From: Desulfatiglandales bacterium
Lineage (GTDB): Bacteria; Desulfobacterota; DSM-4660; Desulfatiglandales; Desulfatiglandaceae
NCBI GenBank assembly: GCA_963666345.1
Contig: OY762721.1
Location: 3,712,001-3,776,000 of the forward strand
Reading direction: 5' to 3'
DNA: 64,000 nt
Both the position numbers and the translations under genes were made by a program. This document shows positions 19,718 through 31,352 of the stretch, piece by piece. How positions within the stretch are numbered: the stretch's first letter is position 1; each line of letters starts with the position of its first letter. A model generated the notes under the pieces. The model did no database searches and was not told the DNA's origin. It saw only the letters and a list, made by a program, of their open reading frames with translations.

Positions 19718-21214
19718 ATGACTATAAAGATGCTCATAAATGCCGTGGAAGCGGAAGAATACAGGGTCGCCATTGTGAAAGACGGTATCCTTGACGCCTT
19801 TTACATAGAATCCGTCAGTTCGGAACATATAAAGAGGAACATATACAAGGGGATAATAGAGAGGGTCGAGCCCAGCCTTCAGGCCTGTTTCGTAAATTAC
19901 GGAGGTGAAAGAAACGGGTTTCTTCAGTTGAGTGAAGTCCATCCTGAATATTTTTCAGGAAGGGAGGGGGAGGAGCATTCCGGCGAACAGTCAAATCTCC
20001 GCATAGAAAAGGTGCTCAAAAAGGGACAGGAAGTCCTGGTCCAGGTCTTAAGGGAGATGCCGGGGAAAAAGGGGGCTCAGCTCTCCACCTTTTTGTCGTT
20101 TGCGAGCAGATTCATCGTGCTGACCCCGGGAAAGACGACCGGTGGTGTTTCGAAGAAGATCGAGGAGGACAAGGAAAGGCAGCGCCTTAAATCGATAATG
20201 GCTGAATTCAAGTTTCCCGAAGGGGTCGGTTATATTGTTAGGACCGCGGCTCTGAAACAAAACAAAAAGGTGCTCTCAAGGGACGTCAACAGGCTGTTGA
20301 GGATGTGGAAGAGCATTAAAAAGGATGTAAAGGATATGCCGGCGCTCTCCCTGATCCACAAGGAAGAGGATATCTGTCTGAGAACCCTGCGCGATTATTT
20401 TACCGGGGAGATCGGCGAAGTCCTGGTGGACGACAAGATGACCTTTATCAAGGTAAAGGATTATATGAAGATAATTTCTCCTAAGCACCAGCGAAGGGTG
20501 AAACTCTACAAGGAAAAAAGGCCTCTGTTTTCCCACTATGAGATAGAAAAACAGATAGAGGAGATCTACAGCGAAAAGGTGCCTTTGAAATCGGGCGGTT
20601 CAATAGTGATCGACCCGACAGAGGCGCTGGTCGCCATAGACGTCAACTCGGGCAGGGGAAGGCTTGGAAAGGATGTGGAGACCACCGCGTTCAATACCAA
20701 CAAGGAGGCGGCATTTGAGATCACACGGCAGCTCAAGCTCAGGGACATGGGCGGCCTGATAGTAATAGACTTTATTGATATGCGGGATCGGGGCCATAAC
20801 AGGGAAATCGAGAAGATCGTCAGGGATGAGGTGAGAACGGACCAGGCAAAGATAGATGTGGCGGGGATTTCAAAATTCGGCCTTATGGAACTTTCCAGGG
20901 AAAGGCTGAGGCCTTCTCTGGAGTCAAAGAGCTATCAGACATGCCCCTACTGCCTGGGCAGGGGGCTTGTTCAGTCGGTTGAGTCCGCCTCTCTTTCATT
21001 TCTGAGGAGGATCTGGATGGGGGCGTCAAAAAAAGGTGTTGTTCAGGTAAAGGGCGAACTGCCCGTTGAGGTGGGTACATATCTTCAGAACAGGAAACGA
21101 AAGGAGATCTCCGGATTCGAATCGAGGTACGGGGTGGACGTTACCCTGGAGGTAAATCCTTCCCTTCCCCTGGGCGGAGGGAAACTGGAATTTATCAAGG
21201 AAACGAGCGAGTAA
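19718..21214 (+). CDS. Ribonuclease E/G family
   Basis: NIYKGIIERVEPSLQACFVNYG S1 domain, AIDVNSGR, GGLIVIDFIDM, CPYCLGRG. Confidence 0.93.
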   Translation: MTIKMLINAVEAEEYRVAIVKDGILDAFYIESVSSEHIKRNIYKGIIERVEPSLQACFVNYGGERNGFLQLSEVHPEYFSGREGEEHSGEQSNLRIEKVLKKGQEVLVQVLREMPGKKGAQLSTFLSFASRFIVLTPGKTTGGVSKKIEEDKERQRLKSIMAEFKFPEGVGYIVRTAALKQNKKVLSRDVNRLLRMWKSIKKDVKDMPALSLIHKEEDICLRTLRDYFTGEIGEVLVDDKMTFIKVKDYMKIISPKHQRRVKLYKEKRPLFSHYEIEKQIEEIYSEKVPLKSGGSIVIDPTEALVAIDVNSGRGRLGKDVETTAFNTNKEAAFEITRQLKLRDMGGLIVIDFIDMRDRGHNREIEKIVRDEVRTDQAKIDVAGISKFGLMELSRERLRPSLESKSYQTCPYCLGRGLVQSVESASLSFLRRIWMGASKKGVVQVKGELPVEVGTYLQNRKRKEISGFESRYGVDVTLEVNPSLPLGGGKLEFIKETSE

Positions 21215-21269
21215 GATGCCTTTCGTGTGCGGATTCCGTATCTTGGATATACCTTGATGCGGCCTGGAT

Positions 21270-23099
21270 ATGTTTAATAATATTATTTATTTTATCGTTG
21301 CCCTGCTTATCTTCAACATAAGCTACCCTGAAAAAGCACCGGCCGGATCTCTGTTTTTTACGGCATCGATGCTTTTTTTGAGCTGGGCGGTCTTCGCAGG
21401 CTACTGCTTCCGGGGATTCAGGAATTTTAAAAGGGATGTAAGGAAAGGGGGCTATACAGGCGGTAACATAGGTGCGCTTTCCGCCTTTTATCAGCGCCTG
21501 GTAGTAAGACTGTCGGTGCTGGCCCTTTTTCTGTTCGCCCTTGCGGTGTTCCTTTTCAATATAAAATACTGGATTCTGCTTGTCCCGTTTGCGGAGAAAT
21601 TCAGTGTGTTTCAGGGGCTTGCGGCGCTTTCCCTGTTTTTTTTCTACCTCTGCACGATATGGTATTTCGCGTACCCCGCCTATGAGGCAATATTCCGGCC
21701 CGGAATCAGGAAAAAATCTTTTATCGTTTCAAACCTGAGGCTCAATTTCCCCATACTCTTCCCGTGGGCCTCTCTTTCCCTTGTCTATGACATTGTGGGC
21801 CTGACGGCCCTTTTAGGGCCTGACAGGTTCTTGAGCAGTGTGCGGGGGCAGGTAATCTTTTTCGCGGTATTCCTGGTGCTGCTCATGATCTTTATGCCTG
21901 CCCTGATCCAGCACTGGTGGGGGTGCAGGCCCATAAGGGACGGCCTGAAAGGCAGAGAACTTGAGAAATTTCTTAAAGATAACGGGTTCAGGTACAGAGG
22001 GCTTCTTGACTGGCCGATCTTTGAAGGGCGTATGATGACCGCCGGTATCATGGGTATAGTCCCCAGATACAGATACATACTTGTGGCCGACTCGCTGCTT
22101 GAGATCCTTTCAATGGAAGAACTCAAGGCGGTGCTCGCCCACGAGATGGGGCACGCGAGATACCGGCACCTGGCCTTTTATCTCCTTTTCTTCATAGGTT
22201 TCATGATAATATCCATGGGCATGCCCGACATGGTGGTCTCCCTGTTTTTCCTTTTTCCATTTTTCCAGGACATCCTGGTTTCGGAGGGTACCCAATCCGC
22301 AAGCCTCTTTTATCTCATATTTTCGATCCCGATGCTGATTTCGCTCCTTATCTATTTCAGATACGTCATGGGCTTTTTCATGAGGAACTATGAGCGCCAG
22401 GCGGATCTTTATTCAGCCTCCCTCATGGGGACACCTGAGCCGATAATAAGCTCACTTGAAAAGATAGCCTATGCCGGCGGCAGGAGCAGAAACGTCCCCA
22501 GCTGGCACCACTTCAGCGTAAGGCAAAGGGTTGAGTATCTGTGGAAAACGATCTCCGACCCGGGCATGTTCAGAAGGCACAACCGCTTCGTTTTTAAGGC
22601 CTTTATCATATATCTCGTCTGCATGGGCGCTGTGGGATACTTCCTCCATTTGAGCGGTGCAAAGGATCGGTTCAACCGTTTTGCCGTGACAAGGGCGATT
22701 GAGAGACAGGTCGTGGAAGATCCCGATAATGCGGCCCTCCTTCAAACGGCCGGTTCCCTGTATCTTGAGACGGGCGGCTATCCGGAGGCCGCAGGGGCCT
22801 ATGAACGGGTAATCGCGATTGAGCCTGAAAACGCGGCCGCACTCAATAATCTGGCATGGATACTTGCAACCGCGCCTCAAAAGGACCTGCTGAACCCGCC
22901 ACGCGCGGTGGCGCTGGCCCAAAGGGCGGTCTCGATCGAGCGCTCCCCCATGTTCCTCGATACCCTGGCGGAGGCCCATTTTGTAAACGGCTCCGCTCAA
23001 AAGGCGATTACGATAATTGAAGAGGCTATTGATGGGGCCAAGGAAAACAGGGCTTACTACAAGGGGCAGCTAAAGAAATTCCGGGGGTTAGAGGACTGA
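21270..23099 (+). CDS. M48-family membrane metalloprotease with C-terminal TPR
   Basis: HEMGH zinc motif, ERQADLY, multiple TM helices, ALNNLAWILAT TPR. Confidence 0.88.
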   Translation: MFNNIIYFIVALLIFNISYPEKAPAGSLFFTASMLFLSWAVFAGYCFRGFRNFKRDVRKGGYTGGNIGALSAFYQRLVVRLSVLALFLFALAVFLFNIKYWILLVPFAEKFSVFQGLAALSLFFFYLCTIWYFAYPAYEAIFRPGIRKKSFIVSNLRLNFPILFPWASLSLVYDIVGLTALLGPDRFLSSVRGQVIFFAVFLVLLMIFMPALIQHWWGCRPIRDGLKGRELEKFLKDNGFRYRGLLDWPIFEGRMMTAGIMGIVPRYRYILVADSLLEILSMEELKAVLAHEMGHARYRHLAFYLLFFIGFMIISMGMPDMVVSLFFLFPFFQDILVSEGTQSASLFYLIFSIPMLISLLIYFRYVMGFFMRNYERQADLYSASLMGTPEPIISSLEKIAYAGGRSRNVPSWHHFSVRQRVEYLWKTISDPGMFRRHNRFVFKAFIIYLVCMGAVGYFLHLSGAKDRFNRFAVTRAIERQVVEDPDNAALLQTAGSLYLETGGYPEAAGAYERVIAIEPENAAALNNLAWILATAPQKDLLNPPRAVALAQRAVSIERSPMFLDTLAEAHFVNGSAQKAITIIEEAIDGAKENRAYYKGQLKKFRGLED

Positions 23100-23229
23100 T
23101 CTCTTAATCGGCTGCGGCGTTTTTGATAAGATTATTACCATGTAAGCAGGTGAGAGGTGCTTGGTCCCGTATCTACTGCGACAACAGGCCTTTATACCTT
23201 TGAATAGCAATTGAAAGGGAGTGCGGTAA

Positions 23230-23904
23230 ATGAGAGTTTTGATAGTGGAAGATGATGAACTTATTGCCTCTTTTGTAACAAAGGGATTGAAGGAGGAGGG
23301 GTTTGCCGTGGACCATGCCTCCGATGGACAGGAGGGCCTTTATCTTGCGCTGAATGAACCATATGATATAGCCGTGGTCGATATTATGCTTCCCGGGCTG
23401 GACGGGCTTACACTTATAGAAAAGATGCGCTGCCGACAGGTCACCATCCCCGTCATTATTCTAAGTGCAAAGAGATCTATTCGGGACCGTGTCAAGGGGC
23501 TTCAGACTGGAAGTGACGACTACCTTACAAAACCTTTTGCCTTTTCGGAACTCCTCGCCAGGATACAGGCATTGCTGAGGAGGGCGAGGGGCCTTTCAGA
23601 GCCGTCCCTGCTGACGGCAGGTGATCTTTCCCTCGATCTCGTCACCCACGAGGTGTTCAGGGGAGGGGAAAAAATTGAGCTTCAACCGAGAGAATATGCC
23701 CTGCTGGAATTTCTTATGCGGAACAAGGGCAGGGTAGCCACAAAGACCATGATAATGGAGCATGTGTGGAATTACAATTTCGATCCCCGTACAAATGTCG
23801 TTGAAGCGAGGATATACCGGCTGAGAGAAAAGGTCGATAAAGACTTTGAACAAAAACTAATCCACACTATTCGCGGGGCAGGCTATGTTATTAAAGAAAT
23901 TTAG
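23230..23904 (+). CDS. OmpR-family response regulator (CusR/CopR heavy-metal type)
   Basis: MRVLIVEDD, DIMLPGLDG, DDYLTKPFAFSELLARIQALLRR, VWNYNFDPRTNVVE, LIHTIRGAGY. Confidence 0.9.
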   Translation: MRVLIVEDDELIASFVTKGLKEEGFAVDHASDGQEGLYLALNEPYDIAVVDIMLPGLDGLTLIEKMRCRQVTIPVIILSAKRSIRDRVKGLQTGSDDYLTKPFAFSELLARIQALLRRARGLSEPSLLTAGDLSLDLVTHEVFRGGEKIELQPREYALLEFLMRNKGRVATKTMIMEHVWNYNFDPRTNVVEARIYRLREKVDKDFEQKLIHTIRGAGYVIKEI

Positions 23905-25291
23905 TGAACACTCAAAGACCCTTGCCTTCAGGCTCACTGTCTGGTATGCGGCCATTTTTATGCTTTTTTCCCTGGCTGCATTTTTTTCCGTATATATAAC
24001 CGTTAAATCCCAGATGCAGAATGGCATAGATGAAGACCTTTTGAGCGAAACAAAGGAATTCTCCGAGATCTATGCGCTTAAGGGAATCGAGGAAGCTAAA
24101 ACACTCATGTCGCTTGAGGCCGAATCCGAAGGTAATGCAAAGGTTTTTCTCAGGCTTTTAACCTTTGAGGGAAAGGAAACAGCCGCATCCAACATGACTT
24201 CCTGGAAATGGATAGGAGTAAACAAGACCGCCCTTGAGACCATTTCCCGGACAGGCGGGAATTACTTCGAGACGGTGACGACCAGCCGGCCGTTTCATGT
24301 CGCGCGGACTCTATACAGCAGGCTTGATGATGGACTGGTCTTCCAGATGGGACTTCTAATTGACGAGAGAAGGCAGGTCAGCCATCTTATGCGGGATGTG
24401 TTCCTTATCACTCTCTTAATTTTTGCGGTATTTGCCTGCCTGGCGGGATGGATTATGGCCAGGCGCGCCCTGCGGGGGGTTGAAAAGATCACTCGAACGG
24501 CAGAGACCATCTCCAGCGGGAAATTGGATAACAGGGTCACTATAAAGGGGGGGGGATCCGAGATTGAAAAACTGGCTTTGACGTTCAATCAGATGCTGGA
24601 CCGGATCAATAGACTTATAAGGGATAGGAGGGACATGTCCGACAACATCGCTCACGATCTGAGAAGCCCTGTGTCAAGAATCAGGGCGATGGCGGAGATG
24701 TCCTTTGCATCAGGAAGTCCTGGGGAAGACGAAAACAGCATGGCAGTTGAGATTATAGCCGAATGCGACAGCCTCCTGGAACTGATTAATACGATGCTGG
24801 ATATCTCCGAGGTGGAATCGGGTGCCGCCGAGCTTGCTTCTGAGAGGGTGGACATGTCCTGGCTGGTTTCCGACGCCTTGGATCTTTTTCTTCCAATGGC
24901 TGAGGATAAGGGACTTATTCTGATCAATGATATATCGGATGACTGCCTGGTGAAGGGTGATACTCGAAAACTCCAAAGGCTGGTGGCAAATATCCTGGAC
25001 AATGCAATAAAGTATACGTCCGCCGGAGGCAAGGTACGCATCAGTACCGCAAAAAGCAATGGGTGGATCCATATTAGTATCAGCGATACAGGTTGCGGTA
25101 TCCCTGAAAAAGACATCCCCGGTATTTTTGAGCGTTTTTACCGCTGTGACGCAAGCAGAACCAGGAGAGGCTTCGGGTTGGGGCTTAATCTGGCCCGGGC
25201 CATTGCACGCGCTCACCATGGTGAAATCACCGTAAGCAGCGGCAAGGGCAAAGGTAGTTTGTTTTCAATCCATCTTCCTTCGATTTCCTGA
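23885..25291 (+). CDS. Sensor histidine kinase (2 TM, HAMP, HisKA, HATPase; CusS-like layout)
   Basis: LAFRLTVWY, IAHDLRSPVSRI H-box, NILDNAIKYT, DTGCGI, GFGLGL. Confidence 0.9.
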   Translation: MLLKKFSEHSKTLAFRLTVWYAAIFMLFSLAAFFSVYITVKSQMQNGIDEDLLSETKEFSEIYALKGIEEAKTLMSLEAESEGNAKVFLRLLTFEGKETAASNMTSWKWIGVNKTALETISRTGGNYFETVTTSRPFHVARTLYSRLDDGLVFQMGLLIDERRQVSHLMRDVFLITLLIFAVFACLAGWIMARRALRGVEKITRTAETISSGKLDNRVTIKGGGSEIEKLALTFNQMLDRINRLIRDRRDMSDNIAHDLRSPVSRIRAMAEMSFASGSPGEDENSMAVEIIAECDSLLELINTMLDISEVESGAAELASERVDMSWLVSDALDLFLPMAEDKGLILINDISDDCLVKGDTRKLQRLVANILDNAIKYTSAGGKVRISTAKSNGWIHISISDTGCGIPEKDIPGIFERFYRCDASRTRRGFGLGLNLARAIARAHHGEITVSSGKGKGSLFSIHLPSIS

Positions 25292-25397
25292 ATTTTCCCC
25301 TCAACGCCAAGGGCTTTCCCTTTGAAAAAACCATAATAGCAGCCTCAATTCATTTCCGCCTATCTCATTCAACGACCTCTTATAATAATAATTTTTA

Positions 25398-25427
25398 AAA
25401 ATGACCAAATGATCATTTTCAGGTCAT
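25398..25427 (+). promoter_or_regulatory. CusR/CopR-like response-regulator box upstream of the methyltransferase-arn operon
   Basis: AAAATGACCAAATGATCATTTT (25398-25419) inverted repeat, plus GATCAT/GGTCAT direct repeats 11 bp apart. Confidence 0.6.
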
Positions 25428-25494
25428 CCTTTCGTTAGGTCTGCCCCTGTATCATGGTCGGAATGCAAGAGATAATAGGAATGAGGAGACGGCC

Positions 25495-26115
25495 ATGAGC
25501 ACACTTAGAAACGAAAACGCGGATGTTATGGTGAAGGTAGTCGAGATAATACATTCGGCTTTTAACAATAGAATATTACTCAAGTCGTTTGAGCAACTCA
25601 GGTTTTTACTTTTCGGCGGGGTCTTCGTCCTGTGCTTTTCATATGTGAAACCCTCTCTTGTCCACTTTTTGCTCGGTTTTTCAGTGAGCGTCATGGGTGA
25701 AGCGATCCAGCTCTGGAGCTTTTCCTGTCTCAGGAAAAACAGCATCCTTGCGACGAGAGGCCCCTACGCCCTTACACGCAATCCCATGTATCTGGGGCGT
25801 TTTTTTCTTCTTCTCGGATTACTGGTGCTTTTTGAGAACCTGTGGCTGATTTTTGCATATATGATTGGCTACTTTTTTTACATGGTAAACAGGGTAAAGA
25901 GAGAGGAAGGTGTTTTGCGTAACATTTTCGGAAATGAATATGAGCAATACTGCGCGAAGGTCAACCGTTTTATGCCCTCTTTCAGGGGGGTCTCTCTCCG
26001 GTCCCTAAGCGGTTTCAGGACTAAATGGCTTATAAAAAACAACGGACACCTAAATGCCCTGCTCATAGTACTCGTTTATGCAGTATTCTATTTCGAAGCC
26101 TTTATCCTCGATTGA
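25495..26115 (+). CDS. ICMT/PEMT-family membrane methyltransferase
   Basis: LATRGPYALTRNPMYLG and REEGVLRNIFGNEYEQYCAKVNRFMP motifs. Confidence 0.85.
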   Translation: MSTLRNENADVMVKVVEIIHSAFNNRILLKSFEQLRFLLFGGVFVLCFSYVKPSLVHFLLGFSVSVMGEAIQLWSFSCLRKNSILATRGPYALTRNPMYLGRFFLLLGLLVLFENLWLIFAYMIGYFFYMVNRVKREEGVLRNIFGNEYEQYCAKVNRFMPSFRGVSLRSLSGFRTKWLIKNNGHLNALLIVLVYAVFYFEAFILD

Positions 26116-26236
26116 TTCAAACAGCGTGATGTACCCGTCAATGGAAAAGACGAAATGTGCGGTGAAATTTTCAGTACGCATATGAAAACAACAGGGCCTT
26201 CAGCCGTGCTGATATTTTATGTGGGAGATGATTGGA

Positions 26237-27388
26237 ATGCGGTCTCAATTTTTACCCTTTTCAAGGCCTTCAATCTCGAAAAGCGAGGTCAGTGCCGTTG
26301 AAAAAATTCTTAGATCAGGATGGATTACCACCGGAGCGGCAACAGCCGATTTTGAAAAGAAGTTCCGCAGATATACCGGGTGCGAAAATGCCGTGGCCGT
26401 ATCGTCAGGTACGGGCGGCATGCATATCATCCTGAGGGCGCTCAACATTGCTCCGGGGGATGAAATCATCACGCCTTCGATGACCTGGGTATCGACAGTT
26501 AATCTCATAGTCCTTGCCGGTGCAAGACCCGTATTCGCCGACGTGGATCGAGACACCCTGCTGGTAGATTACGAATCAGTACGAAGATGCCTGAGCCCCC
26601 GCACCAGGCTGATAATTCCCGTGCACTTTGCAGGTGTCCCTGCAGACATGACTCAACTCAACAGGCTTGCCTCCCAAAATGAAATACCGATTGTCGAGGA
26701 TGCGGCGCACGCCGTCGGATCGGCCTACAAAGGCGTTCCCGTAGGCGGATCAGGCACGGCTGTATTCTCATTTCATCCCATAAAAAATATTACAACCGGT
26801 GAAGGAGGTATGATCTGTTCATCGGATACTGATCTTGTGGAGCGACTTCGTCGCTTGAAATTCCATGGGTTGGGGGAGGATGCATACGACCGCGAGATGC
26901 AGGGCCGCTCCCCAACCGCCGAGGTGATAGAGCCGGGATATAAGTACAACATGACCGATATCTGCGCGGCAATGGGCCTTTGCCAGCTTGAGCGCATTGA
27001 AAAATTCAACCGGAAACGCAGCGAACTCGCAGGAATCTATCTGGAAAGGCTTTCGCAGATTGATGAAATCCTGCCTTTGTCCTTGCCGGACTATCCTATG
27101 AAGCACTCCTGGCACTTATTCATTGTACGTCTTGATCCGGAAAAGGCGGGAATGAGCAGGGGCCAATTCATGCTGGAGCTCAAAAGGAGAAACATCGGAA
27201 CAGGATATCACTTTCGTGCCGTACATCTGCACTCTTATTATAAAAGATCCGGGGCCTGGCTGGGGGAAAGCCTGGAAAACACGGAATGGAATTCTGAACG
27301 GATCTGTTCCCTGCCCCTGTTTCCGGGCATGACCGAAGACGATGTGGATGATGTAGTAGAAGCTATAAAGGATGTGTTGAAGAGATGA
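26237..27388 (+). CDS. arnB: UDP-4-amino-4-deoxy-L-arabinose aminotransferase
   Basis: [46 protein letters not shown]; start could be 26219/26228. Confidence 0.93.
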   Translation: MRSQFLPFSRPSISKSEVSAVEKILRSGWITTGAATADFEKKFRRYTGCENAVAVSSGTGGMHIILRALNIAPGDEIITPSMTWVSTVNLIVLAGARPVFADVDRDTLLVDYESVRRCLSPRTRLIIPVHFAGVPADMTQLNRLASQNEIPIVEDAAHAVGSAYKGVPVGGSGTAVFSFHPIKNITTGEGGMICSSDTDLVERLRRLKFHGLGEDAYDREMQGRSPTAEVIEPGYKYNMTDICAAMGLCQLERIEKFNRKRSELAGIYLERLSQIDEILPLSLPDYPMKHSWHLFIVRLDPEKAGMSRGQFMLELKRRNIGTGYHFRAVHLHSYYKRSGAWLGESLENTEWNSERICSLPLFPGMTEDDVDDVVEAIKDVLKR

Positions 27389-28332
27389 GCGGAAAACCTC
27401 ATGTATCGCTGGTGGTTCCTTCATATAATGAAGAGGCGACCCTTGAAGAGTTTATAGCCAGATGCCTTAAGGCGTGCGAAGCCATGGAAAAATCCTTTGA
27501 AATAATAATCGTAGACGACGGCAGCACAGACGCCTCCGAGGACATTATAAGGCATGCCGCCGATTCCAATTCCGGCAGGGTATTCGGAATTATCCTGAAC
27601 AGGAATTACGGCCAGCATGCAGCGGTAATGGCGGGTTTTGCCGGGGCGAGGGGCCGGATAGTGGTAACGCTGGATGCCGATCTTCAGAATCCCCCTGAGG
27701 AGATACCCGGAATCGTGAACGTTATGGAGAAGGGTTTCGACGTGGTCGGTACGGTCCGGGTTTCGAGGCAAGACAGCCTTTTTCGAAAATTTGCCTCCCA
27801 TCTTGTCAACAGGGCCGTCAGAAAATCTACCGGTGTCATGATGAGTGATTACGGCTGCATGCTGAGGGCCTATGCCAGGCCCATCGTGGACGCGATGCTC
27901 AAGTGTCCTGAAAGAAGCACCTTCATACCGGTTCTTGCCAACGGTTTTGCTCGCAATGCAACGGAAATAGAGGTCAAACACTGCAAACGGAACGGCGGGA
28001 CCTCCAAGTACAGCCTCTGGGAATTAATAAATCTCCAGTTTGATCTTCTTACCTGCATGACAACCTTTCCTCTCAGACTCCTAAGCGTGCTTGGAGGCGT
28101 TATGTCGGCCCTGGGTGGGGGTTTGGGAGTCGCATTGCTTGCCCTTCGTTTGTATCACGGACCAACCTGGGCCGCCCAGGGGGTGTTCACCCTTTTTGCC
28201 GTCCTTTTCATGTTTATCGGAGCCCAGTTTGTGGGCATGGGCCTTCTCGGGGAATATATAGGGCGAATATATCAGGATGTTAGGGCAAGGCCCCGGTATT
28301 TCGTAAAAGAAGTGGTTGGGGCAAGGCAATAG
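27385..28332 (+). CDS. arnC: Undecaprenyl-phosphate Ara4FN transferase (GT2)
   Basis: [63 protein letters not shown]. Confidence 0.93.
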   Translation: MSGKPHVSLVVPSYNEEATLEEFIARCLKACEAMEKSFEIIIVDDGSTDASEDIIRHAADSNSGRVFGIILNRNYGQHAAVMAGFAGARGRIVVTLDADLQNPPEEIPGIVNVMEKGFDVVGTVRVSRQDSLFRKFASHLVNRAVRKSTGVMMSDYGCMLRAYARPIVDAMLKCPERSTFIPVLANGFARNATEIEVKHCKRNGGTSKYSLWELINLQFDLLTCMTTFPLRLLSVLGGVMSALGGGLGVALLALRLYHGPTWAAQGVFTLFAVLFMFIGAQFVGMGLLGEYIGRIYQDVRARPRYFVKEVVGARQ

Positions 28333-28374
28333 CAGGAAAAGAAAAAATATAAATTTAATCCGGGAGCATTAAAT

Positions 28375-30444
28375 ATGAAAACCGTGGTTTTTGCGTATCA
28401 CACAATCGGCTGCATAGGCATAGACGCCCTTCGCAGGAATGGATTTCAGGTCCACGCGGTCTTTACCCACAAGGACAGCCGTGAAGAAAACATCTGGTTT
28501 AAATCGGTCGCCGAACACGCCGCCCTCCGCGATATACCCGTATTCGCACCGGAAGATATCAATCATCCTTTATGGGTTGAAAAGATTAAAGAATTGGAAC
28601 CGGATATAATATTTTCCTTCTACTACCGCAATCTGGTCGGAAAGGAGATCCTCGATATCCCGTCTCAAGGCTGCCTTAATCTGCACGGGTCGCTGCTTCC
28701 CGGATACCGCGGCAGATGCCCTATCAACTGGGCCATAATCCATGGTGAGGAAGAAACGGGCGTAACCCTTCACTATATGACACCGGAGCCCGATAAAGGC
28801 GATATCGTAAGTCAGGAAAGATTCCCCATATCCGACGAGGATACCGCAAAAACGGTTTTTGGAAAGGCGGAAGAGGCCTCGGCAAGGATGCTGGATAGAA
28901 TTCTTCCGGACATCAGGGACGGCAGAGTCCACCGGATAAGTCAGGATAATTCCAGGGCGACCTATTTCGGAGGCAGATGTCCTGAAGATGGAGAAATCTC
29001 CTGGAAAAATTCGGCGCCGGCAATAAGAAACCTTGTGAGGGCCGTGGCGGATCCATATCCGGGCGCCTTCAGCTATGTGAGAAACAGGAAATGCATGTTC
29101 CAGGCTGTTACTGCTTTGCCTATTGCAGATGAGAAGGCATCTCCAGGCGCTGTCATATCAACGGACCCGTTGCTGATCGCGGCTTCGGAAGGGTCGGTGA
29201 GAATTGATATTTGCCAGCCCGCCGGTTCCGTTTGTATGACCGGAAGGCAGCTTTCCAGAGAACTGGGACTGGTAAAGGGTATGCGCTTCGGAGCCTGCGC
29301 CGATAAACGGATGGAGGGGAAGAGAAAGAAAAATGTCCTCATCCTGGGTGTGGACGGATTTATCGGGAACGCTTTGACCGAGAGGCTGCTTGATTCAGGC
29401 AGGTACAGGGTTCATGGCCTTGATTTAAACTCCGGATCCATATCGCGATTTTTGGCCAGGAAGGATTTCCATTTTTTCGAGGGTGATATTTCCATCCACA
29501 GGGAATGGATCGAATACCAGATAAAGAAGTGCGATGTCGTGATCCCCCTTGTGGCAATCGCCACGCCGATTGAATACACCAGAAATCCCCTGAAGGTATT
29601 CCACCTTGATTTTGAGGAAAACCTGAGGATTGTCCGTTACTGCGTCAAGTATGGGAAAAGGATTGTCTTCCCCTCCACATCCGAGGTCTACGGCATGAGC
29701 GAGGAAGACGAGTTCAATGAGGATAGTTCCTCACTGGTTCTTGGACCCATCAGGATGCAGAGATGGATCTATTCATGCAGTAAACAGCTCCTCGACAGGG
29801 TTATCTGGGCCTATGGTCAGGAAAAAGGGCTACAGTTCACGCTTTTCCGCCCCTTTAACTGGATAGGCCCGAGACTCGATAGCCTCGACTCTGCCCGCAT
29901 AGGCAGTTCAAGGGTCATTACCCAGCTTGTCCTTAACCTGGTGGAAGGCTCCCCCATACAGCTCGTAGATGGAGGTCTTCAGAAACGCTGCTTTACTGAT
30001 GTCTCAGAGGGAGTGGAATGCCTCAAGAGAATCATCGATAATGACAACGGGGTCTGCAACGGTCAAATTATCAACATAGGAAACCCTGAAAATGAGTTGA
30101 GCATCAGGGATCTTGCCCGGTTGCTTCTGGAGAAATTCAATAAACACCCTCTGCGTTCCCTTTTCCCTCCCTTTGCAGGATTCCAGGAGGTTGAAAGCGG
30201 GGTCTATTACGGAGCAGGGTATCAGGATCTTCAGCACAGAAGACCCAGCATCAAAAACGCGAGGAGGCTCGTCAAATGGGCACCTGTGGTGGACCTGGGG
30301 ACCTCCGTGGAGCGGACCCTTGATTTTTTTCTCAGGCAGGCCGCCGGGGTCAAGGTGGTGAAAAAGGATCTGAAGCGACCGATTCAACCTGTCTTGATTC
30401 GTTCTTTTTCCGCCGGGACTCTGCCCCAGGATTGCCTTCCATGA
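28375..30444 (+). CDS. arnA: Bifunctional UDP-GlcA decarboxylase / UDP-Ara4N formyltransferase
   Basis: [18 protein letters not shown] formyltransferase; [37 protein letters not shown]. Confidence 0.95.
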   Translation: MKTVVFAYHTIGCIGIDALRRNGFQVHAVFTHKDSREENIWFKSVAEHAALRDIPVFAPEDINHPLWVEKIKELEPDIIFSFYYRNLVGKEILDIPSQGCLNLHGSLLPGYRGRCPINWAIIHGEEETGVTLHYMTPEPDKGDIVSQERFPISDEDTAKTVFGKAEEASARMLDRILPDIRDGRVHRISQDNSRATYFGGRCPEDGEISWKNSAPAIRNLVRAVADPYPGAFSYVRNRKCMFQAVTALPIADEKASPGAVISTDPLLIAASEGSVRIDICQPAGSVCMTGRQLSRELGLVKGMRFGACADKRMEGKRKKNVLILGVDGFIGNALTERLLDSGRYRVHGLDLNSGSISRFLARKDFHFFEGDISIHREWIEYQIKKCDVVIPLVAIATPIEYTRNPLKVFHLDFEENLRIVRYCVKYGKRIVFPSTSEVYGMSEEDEFNEDSSSLVLGPIRMQRWIYSCSKQLLDRVIWAYGQEKGLQFTLFRPFNWIGPRLDSLDSARIGSSRVITQLVLNLVEGSPIQLVDGGLQKRCFTDVSEGVECLKRIIDNDNGVCNGQIINIGNPENELSIRDLARLLLEKFNKHPLRSLFPPFAGFQEVESGVYYGAGYQDLQHRRPSIKNARRLVKWAPVVDLGTSVERTLDFFLRQAAGVKVVKKDLKRPIQPVLIRSFSAGTLPQDCLP

Positions 30445-31352
30445 ATATAGGCCTCAGGATAGATGTGGATACCCTTAGAGGCACCAGATATGGTGTGCCT
30501 TCACTTTGCAGGGTGCTGGCGGCCCACTCGGTCAGGGCGACATTTTTTTTCAGCGTCGGTCCAGATAATATGGGCCGCAATCTGTGGCGACTCCTGAACC
30601 CGGCCTTTTTGTCAAAGATGCTCAGGACGGAGGCCTCAGACCTTTACGGCTGGGACATCCTTTTAATGGGAACATTGGGTCCAGGTCCCCTGATATGGAA
30701 AAGAACCGCCGACGTCATTCATGCCGCCGCAAAAGAGGGCCACGAGGTCGGTCTTCATGCATGGGATCACTACCGCTGGCAGAGGTACATAGAAAAAATG
30801 GATGCCCTTGAGATCTTTAGAGGGCTTGAAACGGGCTTTAAGATCCTGACCGATATTACGGGGAGTCCCCCTGTCTGTTCCGCAGCGCCTGCCTGGAAAT
30901 GTACGGATGAGGCCCTCCGTGCAAAGAGTGGGCTCCCATTTCTTTTTAACAGCGACTGCAGGGGTAAAAGCGTTTTTCTGCCGGTTCCCGAATCCCCCCA
31001 TGCGGTTCAGCCGCAGATACCGGTAACCCTGCCGACCTATGACGAGGTCATAGGAAAGGATGGCATAACTGATTCAAACTATAATGATTACCTGCTGTCT
31101 GTGATAAGTGAAGAAGGCATTAATGTCCTGACCATCCACGCGGAAGTGGAGGGAATCGCCCGTCTGAAGCTGTTCGGTTCCTTCATGAAAAAGGCCCGGG
31201 AAAAAGGTGTGACCTTCTCTACCCTGGGAGACCTGCTGCCGTTGATGGGTGATTTGAATAGTCACCACATAGAAAAAAAGGAATTTTCAGGAAGAGAGGG
31301 ATGGGTATCGGTTCAGATGGAAAGAAAAGAAGTGAAGGATAAAAGGGCGTGA
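30441..31352 (+). CDS. arnD: Undecaprenyl-phosphate-Ara4FN deformylase
   Basis: [49 protein letters not shown] overlap with arnA. Confidence 0.93.
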   Translation: MNIGLRIDVDTLRGTRYGVPSLCRVLAAHSVRATFFFSVGPDNMGRNLWRLLNPAFLSKMLRTEASDLYGWDILLMGTLGPGPLIWKRTADVIHAAAKEGHEVGLHAWDHYRWQRYIEKMDALEIFRGLETGFKILTDITGSPPVCSAAPAWKCTDEALRAKSGLPFLFNSDCRGKSVFLPVPESPHAVQPQIPVTLPTYDEVIGKDGITDSNYNDYLLSVISEEGINVLTIHAEVEGIARLKLFGSFMKKAREKGVTFSTLGDLLPLMGDLNSHHIEKKEFSGREGWVSVQMERKEVKDKRA

